IMG/VR virus record: IMGVR_UViG_3300035698_008372
Location: 1 to 64,000 of that record
Source of the DNA: a virus
Length of the DNA stretch: 64,000 nt
Reading direction: 5' to 3' (one strand)
Shown: piece by piece, positions 56,213-64,000 of the stretch
Position numbering within the stretch: position 1 is the stretch's first letter
Layout: each line of letters begins with the position of its first letter
Made by a program: the position numbers and the translations under genes
Notes under the pieces: model-generated
What the model was told of the DNA's origin: nothing
The model's input: the letters and a program-made list of their open reading frames with translations, nothing else
The model's database searches: none

Positions 56213-58759
56213 ATGATTAATTTACAACCAATACACGAGAAAATTCGTCGGGAATTGCATAAGAGGGAAAAACTCTTAAACAGGGATGGCATCCTATTTG
56301 AAGGTCCCCAAACCGATGGTACTGGTAAAAAGAAAGCTGACGCCAACAACATTTTTGCCAAATCTACTTGGATCAGAATGATGTCTCCCGGTTTAAAATA
56401 TGACAAAGAATTGTCTCCAGAGGAAAATAAAAAGCTGGGTAACACCAAGGATGTTGTTTCTATAGGCGGTGGATTATTAAAAGAAGATGGCTCCATGTAT
56501 TTTGGATATGATGATATGTATAATTCTCCTAGAAATACTGGAGAAAATTCCTATAGACCTGTTCCAGGAATAAAAAATATTAGTGTTGAATATAAGGATG
56601 CGATGGTGGCATTAAGGCGTGCCACCATAACTTGAAAAGTATGGTCTTTTGAGGACTTGGAAAAGCTTCAATCATTTTTTATGAAATCCGGCAAATCGGT
56701 TATTTTGGAATGGGGGTATTCTTATGAGAAAAATGATATCAATTTGATGGATATTAAAGACTTGAATTATAAAACTATATATAAGCGATTTATTGAAAAG
56801 GCGTTCAATTCTGGAGGAACTTATGATGGAATGATGGGCGTTATTACAACTTGGGAATGGTCTGTTGCCGATGACGGGTCTATAGATTGCACCACTAATA
56901 TATCCAGTATGGGTCTGGATATATTAAAACAGCAAACTACTCCAGTCGACGATATTAACATATCCCAAACCACAAAATCTTCAGCGTCAAGTACCGAAGA
57001 TCAGAAACAAACAGTCCCCACAATGACATTTAATAAATTTTTGGAAGATATTCATGATAAATTAACTTTTCAAATAGCCGACGCATCCCAATCAGGCAAT
57101 CCAATATCAAATGTGGCTTTTCTGGATGGCAAATTGTATATGTCATGGGGATGAATTGAAGATAATATATTAAGTAGGTATTTGGGCAAAGTTAATGGTA
57201 AGGGTGAAATTTTAAATTCTATAAGAAGTATTGAACCAGTTTTGGATGATGCCGGCAATCATCTTGGGTTGAATCAAATTAAAGATTTGGAATCAAAATA
57301 TAGCGGATTGGAATTAGCCAAAGTGCAAAAAATAAAAAGTGGATTAAATAACGAAAACGGACCACCCGCATATATTTCAAGTGAAATGTCAAATCACACA
57401 TCATTGTTATCTCCAAATTATAGCTTTTTTATATTACCTGGGCAATTTAAAAAAACTGATAGGGATTTATTTGATTCAAATGCACGACCTGTTCATCCAA
57501 TATTGGTAGCATTTGATAAGGAAAAATCGAAATTTTCCAAATTCGAATCCCGCAAAGGTGTGGGATCACAGAGTAGTAATGTTACATACGGGTACATGAG
57601 AAATATAGTATTTAATTGGAACTATTTGGTGGAAAATGTATGGAAGGATTCCGATAATATAAAAACTGCTATGGATAGGTTGTTTCAACACATGAATGAA
57701 AATGTGGGAATCTGAGATTTAAAAATCATAGCTTCTCCAGATAACCCATCCCAGTTGAAAATAGTTGATATGAATACTGTGAAATATAATATTTCGGATT
57801 TGCTTAAAAAGGATAATAGTAGTAAATTATCGTCGGATTGGAATGATGCCCTTGGCCTGTTATTTAAATTCAATACATTGTCCAAAGATAGTATAGTATC
57901 TGGTCACAGTTTAACGTGTAAAATTCCAGACGCAATGGCCATGGCGACGATGTACTCAAATTCCACAACTACTATATCTCCGGCCACCGCAGGCGGATCA
58001 AAGGCTATCGCGATAGGGTCGTCTGATAATGATGTAAAAGATGGAATAATGGATAATATTTCACCGGGATATATATGGGATAAATTCGGGAATTCTACGG
58101 GAATGACCAATGACGATATCAATTTAACCGGTGGGTTTACAATAGATGTAACGCCCCAATCTGATTCATCTCAAGGAATTACAACGAATACTCCGGCAGA
58201 AATAAAATCCGCTACCATATCTTCAATGAAATTTAATGCCGATCAATATTTGGCATTTAAAGATGGGGATATTGGAACCGATGGGACAATATATAATACA
58301 TACGGGGATTCGATTGGAAAAATGAGGAATCCAAAAACTTTATTTTATCTGGATATTATGAAATATCTAATAGGTCATGACCCCAAATATTCCACAATGT
58401 ACAATCAGGCTCCCCTAATTCCGATTGAAATTTCATTGACAATGGATGGTATTTCTGGGATATTTCCCGGTAATTGTTTTCAAAATGATTACATGCCCAA
58501 ACAGTACAATGAAATTTCAGTATTCCAAGTATTTACATCAACTCAAGAATTGGATAGTTCTGGGTGAAAAACCACCATAGGCGGGAAGCTTAGAGTGGAC
58601 ATGTCAAAACTCGCCCCAGATTATGTGGAAGCTTCTATAAAAGAAATGGAACAAAAAATACAAGATGATCTGGCACTGGCCGAAAAACAAGAAAAGGTCC
58701 GACTGGCCGAAGCTGAACGAGAGTTCATTGAAGGTCAAAATAATGCAGGTAATTTATAA
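56213..58759 (+). CDS. Baseplate hub-like protein, 4 in-frame TGA (56633, 57152, 57713, 58565)
   Basis: Four track ORFs in one frame; read-through ends in a TAATG overlap with the next gene. Confidence 0.7.
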
Positions 58760-59343
58760 TGAAAACTATTAATGAAATAAAAGAAAAATTGAATATGAAA
58801 TTGACAGGGTTCACCACATCAACCAATGAATTTACTTATGAAAATGGTACATGGGTCAGACCCGATATTTCATATTCCATATACTACACTAAGGATAAGG
58901 AAGAGCACTACATTTCAGAAACGGTTATTCCTGAGAAAATGATTAGGGTTAAGGGGAGCTCCGCATTTGCACAATATAGTGAGTCCAAAAATGGAAATAT
59001 GGAATCCACTAAATTCGTAAATTCGTATATGCCAAAAGTTAAAAAACCCGATATTAAGAGGGGGTACATGATTAGATACTTTGTGCAACCAAAAAACCAA
59101 CCTCACGTGGATTTAACCGAAATCAATAAATCTGGGTTCAATGGTGATTTAACCTACTATAAGAAACGCAAAATAAATTGGAAAATTGTTGGTGCAAAGA
59201 ACACTGTAATAGGGGAAAATAAACGAGCTCTAAAATACCTGAATAAACAATATCCAGATACATTTATCAGTATGGGCCCACTAGAATTTTGACAGGGGAC
59301 TTCAAGTAAAAAGGAAGAAATCGAAAAAAAACTGGGGCTTTAG
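58759..59343 (+). CDS. Hypothetical baseplate-region protein, 1 in-frame TGA (59290)
   Basis: RGYMIRYF motif; PLEF*QG read-through to TAG 59343. Confidence 0.65.
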
Positions 59344-59378
59344 GAAATACGCTGATACTTATAATAAAGGTTGCGTAA

Positions 59379-60668
59379 ATGGTTATAGAAACAATATCAC
59401 AATTAGAATATTTTATGGCACAATGGGGTTCCCATGAGTGGATCGTCGTGCCTATATTATCCGATACAAAACAACACCCTTTGCAGAATCAACTATGTAC
59501 TTTGTATATTAAAATAGTTGGTGACAACGAGGACGCTATCCTGGCGTTCGATCATACGGAATCATTGAACCTCCCCTATGAGGCTTTGGCCACATTGGAA
59601 ACTGGTCAGCGTAAATATGTATATGATAAAAAGGAATTGAACCACATCTATAAATTCGAGAATGTGGTGGATGTCAATGTGGCATATTATTTGACTACTA
59701 ACAAACCTTTGCTTGTGGATAAAATTACCACTCCAGCACATCAGTTTTTTCACGTAAGGCATTACAGAAAATCCAATCTCAATTCAATAATCCCAATCCT
59801 GAAGCACTTGGAATATTGCCGGAAATTGGCGGCCGAGCTGGAGCTGTGGACATTCATCCCAATCAATGAATTGTATAATGATGAATACATAGAAAATATG
59901 GGGTACATAGAAACCGCGGGGCTCAGGACTACGGATAGCATGGCATACTCAAATTACAATATGTTTACCAGTACAGGTCGACCATCCAATGCTTGGGGTG
60001 GTACTAATTATGCGGCACTAAATAAGTCTGATGAGACTAGAAAAAAATATGTTAGTAGGCATGGTAAAAATGGATATTTGATTGAATTCGACTTCAGCGG
60101 GAATCACTTGTATATTATTGCCGATTTGATAGGGTTTAAATTTCCAGAATCACCCCACGCGTATTTGGGTAAAATATACTATGGCGCCACCGACCTAACC
60201 CCAGAGCAATATAAAGAGGGCAAGGGTATCACATTTCAATTATTGTATGGTGGAATTGACAAAGAGTTCGAAAAAATCGACTTTTTTAAACAAGTTAATA
60301 TGTATATATGGAAGCTGTGGGCAGAGTACAAGATGGGCAATGTAGTGTCACCTGTGAGCGGAAAAACGATATATAAGAATAATCTAAAAAACATGAATCC
60401 GCAAAAGTTATTCAATTATATGTTACAATTGTTGGAGTTCGAAGATGTTCACAAATACTTGAATCAAATTAAAATTTTGTTGGATAGATCGAAAACTAGG
60501 ATTATACTTTACACTTATGATTCACTACTTTTCGATTTTAATGCGACTGACGGTAAGGAATTACTGATTGACATTAAAAATGTGCTGGAAAGCTACGGGA
60601 AATTGGTTACGACAGATATGGGTGTAAATTATTTTGAAATGAAAAACATAGATAATTATTTTGTGTAA
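59379..60668 (+). CDS. Short family A DNA polymerase-like protein
   Basis: TSTGRPSN, motif A EFDFSG.HL, motif B K.ITFQLLYG, motif C YDSLLFD. Confidence 0.8.
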   Translation: MVIETISQLEYFMAQWGSHEWIVVPILSDTKQHPLQNQLCTLYIKIVGDNEDAILAFDHTESLNLPYEALATLETGQRKYVYDKKELNHIYKFENVVDVNVAYYLTTNKPLLVDKITTPAHQFFHVRHYRKSNLNSIIPILKHLEYCRKLAAELELWTFIPINELYNDEYIENMGYIETAGLRTTDSMAYSNYNMFTSTGRPSNAWGGTNYAALNKSDETRKKYVSRHGKNGYLIEFDFSGNHLYIIADLIGFKFPESPHAYLGKIYYGATDLTPEQYKEGKGITFQLLYGGIDKEFEKIDFFKQVNMYIWKLWAEYKMGNVVSPVSGKTIYKNNLKNMNPQKLFNYMLQLLEFEDVHKYLNQIKILLDRSKTRIILYTYDSLLFDFNATDGKELLIDIKNVLESYGKLVTTDMGVNYFEMKNIDNYFV

Positions 60669-60701
60669 TATTTATAGACGAACAAAAATGGAGAAAATAT
60701 A

Positions 60702-62822
60702 ATGAGTTTTGACTACAATCCAGAAGAATATTTAGATGCTTTGGTAAATGAATGGGCATACAGAGTAAATAATGGGACACCGAATCCACATGATTTCGGC
60801 CACCAGATGGCACTGCGGGACATTTTAACAGAGTGGGATTGGAATATGCCTACAATTAATGAATTTATTACCAACCTTAAAAATACGACACCCGCCAATG
60901 AAGCGATTGGTAAAGTGTATATTCAAGATAAAGAAGCACCAGCGGGTGCTCAAGTTAAGACTGGTCCTAAAGGTGGTAAATATTACAGGGGGAACACCGA
61001 AACTGGGGAACCTGATAATTCCGATGAAGAGGGAGAATCCGAAGACAATTCCGAATCAAAACCAGAAGAATCGGATAGCTTGATAACTGGTGACCCATCC
61101 GAGGGGGATAATCAAGTTAAATTGGATGCATTCGAATATGGGTATGGTGATTTTGAAAAGGAAACTGGTTCCAAACCAGCTCCTGGTGGAGCGGGATCAA
61201 TGTTCAATGAAATTGTATCTGGTGAGGGCGTACACATGTTATCCAAAAATTCGTCTATGAAAACTGATGAACTGGCCATGGAAATGTATAAGAAATATCA
61301 TGGGACAAAATTGTCTAAAGAACAGAAAAAGACTCCGATGCCCGCTAGCCAGATACCACAACCATTGAGGGATAAAAAAGATCAGGCGTCCAAAGCTGTC
61401 AGGGAAGCTAAGAAAAGTGGAGATAAAAAGGTGATGAAAGCTGCTATAGAAGAATTCGCCGCCGCTGAACAGAATATTGGGTACTATACAAAATGTTTGG
61501 TATCGGCTCGATCTGCCAAGAAAAAATACACAAATACCATATCTAGAGTAGCCAATTTACAAAAAGAGGGGGCGTTTGGAAAATCCAAACGAGTTGACAC
61601 ATTTTATGGAGCAAACCAATCATTGGCTGCACAGGTGGCGAGTGTGGAAAATGCCAGAAGTGTATTGTTGCCAAGTGGGCAGAAAGTTTCAAAAGACGAT
61701 GCCATTGTCTTTGTCAAAGCTGGTGGTGGTGGTGCAAATCCATCTGATACGGCCACCTTTGTTTCGGATGAAAAAGGAAATTTATTAATACAATTCCATT
61801 CGGATAAAACATCGACTGGTGATATTCAAGATAATTCAACATTAGCAAAAGAAGGTGATAATTACAAAGATGCCATTGATGCACAGGGTGGATTATCCAG
61901 AGAAGAAAAGGATAATTCCAAAAAAATCGTGGATGAATACTCCACCAAAATGGATGAGGTTGAAAAGAATTACAATAATCAGGCCGTTCCAATTGCACAA
62001 AGATTGGAAGAATTGCCATTTAAAGATCAAATGTCCATTATCAACAACGATAAGGGGTCATTGGGTAAAAATATAGAAGCGGCATTGTTTGGAAAAACTG
62101 GATTGAAACCCCAATATAAAAAACTTGTACCAGCTGGAGTTGATCCTAAAAAATTATCAATGGAACTGAAATACAAAATGATTAGAAAATTGGTAGCCAG
62201 CGGTGCTGGAAAGCCTAGTGATGTTAAAGCCATTAATAAAGTTGGTCTTGGATTACAAAAAAAGAACCCTGATATCGAGGGGATTGATGTTAAAAAGAAC
62301 CTATCGGTCCAGCGTAAATTGGCTGTTAAATTGCAGAGAGATAGGATCAACGCGTTAAATGAAACAGTTGCCGAAGTCGACGGGGTAGATGTACCATTGG
62401 GCAGATTAATGGAAGCTGAAGAAACGATTAGGGGATTCCACTTGAAATTATTGGATTACCCGCCTAAGAAATATGAAGAGGGTAACCCTGGAAGTATGGT
62501 AGGGGATAGCTTGGATATCAATATGGGTGGAACAGTGGTTAATGGTGATGTATTGAGGCAAGCATTGGGAGTACAAAATACTACAGAATTCAAGAAACAA
62601 TTCAGACTTGAAGAGACTGATGAATTGACTAAAGATGCCAATAATAATATCACTGGGAAAGTCGTATTTGTATATGCTGTCAAAGCTGGTGGTGAAAAAA
62701 TACAAATAGGGTACAAAACCTATAGATCAAAATCTGGTGCCACAGGCAAAACATCCAATACTATGCAGTATAGTAAGGAAATGCAAAAACGATTTAAAGA
62801 AATATCGGATAAGGAAAAATAA
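60702..62822 (+). CDS. Large hypothetical late protein
   Basis: 706-aa ORF with TATTTATA and GGAG upstream. Confidence 0.75.
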   Translation: MSFDYNPEEYLDALVNEWAYRVNNGTPNPHDFGHQMALRDILTEWDWNMPTINEFITNLKNTTPANEAIGKVYIQDKEAPAGAQVKTGPKGGKYYRGNTETGEPDNSDEEGESEDNSESKPEESDSLITGDPSEGDNQVKLDAFEYGYGDFEKETGSKPAPGGAGSMFNEIVSGEGVHMLSKNSSMKTDELAMEMYKKYHGTKLSKEQKKTPMPASQIPQPLRDKKDQASKAVREAKKSGDKKVMKAAIEEFAAAEQNIGYYTKCLVSARSAKKKYTNTISRVANLQKEGAFGKSKRVDTFYGANQSLAAQVASVENARSVLLPSGQKVSKDDAIVFVKAGGGGANPSDTATFVSDEKGNLLIQFHSDKTSTGDIQDNSTLAKEGDNYKDAIDAQGGLSREEKDNSKKIVDEYSTKMDEVEKNYNNQAVPIAQRLEELPFKDQMSIINNDKGSLGKNIEAALFGKTGLKPQYKKLVPAGVDPKKLSMELKYKMIRKLVASGAGKPSDVKAINKVGLGLQKKNPDIEGIDVKKNLSVQRKLAVKLQRDRINALNETVAEVDGVDVPLGRLMEAEETIRGFHLKLLDYPPKKYEEGNPGSMVGDSLDINMGGTVVNGDVLRQALGVQNTTEFKKQFRLEETDELTKDANNNITGKVVFVYAVKAGGEKIQIGYKTYRSKSGATGKTSNTMQYSKEMQKRFKEISDKEK

Positions 62823-62823
62823 T

Positions 62824-63240
62824 ATGAGAACGCAGCTGTTATGTACTTTCTCGAAAAGGAACCAACTACACGATACATTGGATTTGATAATTGATTATCA
62901 CGATATACTATTTAATAAGGTGTATGTATTTCAGAATGAAGATAATTTTCATCAGCTGATATGCACGTACAATATTGAACAGGAAACGGAAAATTACCTT
63001 ACAAATAAGGATACCATTTCATTGCATAGGAAAAAGCAATCAAATACACTATACACTATTAACGCTCTAAATGAAATAATCAGGCGTAAAAATAATGGGG
63101 TACTGGATAAGCAATTTCCTATTGATTGAGATGAATTCAGAAATAATCTGTTATTAACAAACTCATCGGGGTTTGTCAAAATACCCACTCGGATATACAC
63201 CATCATAAATGTAACCGAATGGGAATCTAAAGAAAATTAA
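62824..63240 (+). CDS. Hypothetical protein, 1 in-frame TGA (63127)
   Basis: MRTQLLCTF...HRKK.SNTLYTINALN...FPID*DEF read-through to TAA 63240. Confidence 0.75.
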
Positions 63241-63249
63241 AGAAAAAGC

Positions 63250-63278
63250 TTGACTTTGTCAGTATAATCTTGTATCTT
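63250..63278 (+). promoter_or_regulatory. Early promoter repeat, copy 11
   Basis: TTGACT-17-TATCTT. Confidence 0.85.
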
Positions 63279-63304
63279 GAGGCAACAAAAAAAAGGAGTT
63301 ACAA

Positions 63305-63598
63305 ATGAGACGTTTTATTACAATTTTACTATTATTGGCCGTACTAGTAATGACAATCGGGTGTGCAAACCCAAAAACAATTGATGGAATCACCTATGAT
63401 ACTTATGGGCTGGCAAATAAAGATCAGGTGATGAATCCAGACATCGAATACAAAATCGTATTTGGCAATGTGGTCTGGTCCATTATCCTATCCGAAACAA
63501 TTATTGTTCCGGTTTATATGGTAGGGTGGTCAATGTGGGAACCAGTCGGCAAGAAAGACCCCAACGCTGTTAAGGGTCAGATCGGTTATAAACATTAA
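63305..63598 (+). CDS. Phage lipoprotein
   Basis: Signal peptide with lipobox TIGC; AAGGAG SD. Confidence 0.75.
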   Translation: MRRFITILLLLAVLVMTIGCANPKTIDGITYDTYGLANKDQVMNPDIEYKIVFGNVVWSIILSETIIVPVYMVGWSMWEPVGKKDPNAVKGQIGYKH

Positions 63599-63609
63599 AT
63601 ATAATTCAA

Positions 63610-63635
63610 AGAGCCCCCTTATGGGGGCTTTTTTT
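63610..63635 (+). terminator. Intrinsic terminator
   Basis: AGCCCCC-TTAT-GGGGGCT plus T run. Confidence 0.85.
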
Positions 63636-63656
63636 ATGCCCAAAATGAAATAACAG

Positions 63657-63685
63657 TTGACTTTGTCGTTTTTATCTTGTATCTT
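63657..63685 (+). promoter_or_regulatory. Early promoter repeat, copy 12
   Basis: TTGACT-17-TATCTT. Confidence 0.85.
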
Positions 63686-63711
63686 GTGATATGGAAAGAG
63701 AATGAACAAAT

Positions 63712-64000
63712 ATGACTGAAGAACATACAATGTTTGAATTAGCTTCCGATATTAAGGATAAGCTATCAGACGTTATCAACCCCGACGATCTAACTGATGT
63801 TATAGAAGTGGTTAGGCAATCTGAAAATGGTGCATATCATTCTGGGTTGGGGACTGTCACAATTAAAAAGTCACGCAAACGGATTAATGTTTACGTGTCA
63901 TTTACTGGTAATACTGGTTCACGTAGGGACAGCGTGAGTACATCGGTTGACACGATATTGGGTGTCAATGATTCGTTGCATAAGTTGAAATACCATAACG
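63712..64000 (+). CDS. Hypothetical early protein, truncated by window end
   Basis: Open frame MTEEHTMFELASD... to the window edge. Confidence 0.6.
   Translation, partial: MTEEHTMFELASDIKDKLSDVINPDDLTDVIEVVRQSENGAYHSGLGTVTIKKSRKRINVYVSFTGNTGSRRDSVSTSVDTILGVNDSLHKLKYHN

Noticed and set aside
2323-63129. TGA as selenocysteine or glycine
   Set aside because: Sites are numerous, in non-redox structural proteins and in contexts that fit Trp; Gly is not formally excluded without alignments.
24825-63685. Repeated ~45-nt element as a CRISPR array
   Set aside because: Copies are dispersed at irregular distances of 0.2-16 kb and have -35/-10 promoter structure; no cas genes are present.

Overview
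A 64-kb, AT-rich, almost entirely + strand segment of a large T4-like myovirus genome covering the virion morphogenesis region: terminase large subunit, intein-containing portal, prohead protease, scaffold, major capsid, neck, tail terminator, sheath, tube, tail-assembly chaperone, tape measure and baseplate genes. It also carries bS21, an Hc1-like protein, a bL12-CTD protein, NAD-dependent DNA ligase, a short family A DNA polymerase and homing-type endonucleases. The ORF track is fragmented because TGA is used as a sense codon, most likely Trp. I count 30 internal in-frame TGAs; reading through them restores full-length conserved genes. 29 lie in late/structural operons, while early genes and the highest-copy virion genes use TGG. 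Two islands of small genes (about 23.5-35 kb and 41.6-48.4 kb) and the right end carry 12 near-identical sigma70-type promoters in total, and late operons share a TATTTATA motif. Most unusual signals: (1) accessory ORFs with diverged copies of short major-capsid and portal segments, one matching the T4 Gol-peptide region; (2) at least nine unrelated proteins grafted onto one MKKSELRQxIREEI leader ending in a prohead-protease-type site, suggesting a modular capsid-cargo system; (3) the uneven distribution of recoded TGAs; (4) a two-hairpin non-coding element whose loop is complementary to the shared early-mRNA leader. All family calls come from motif recognition by eye; no searches were run.
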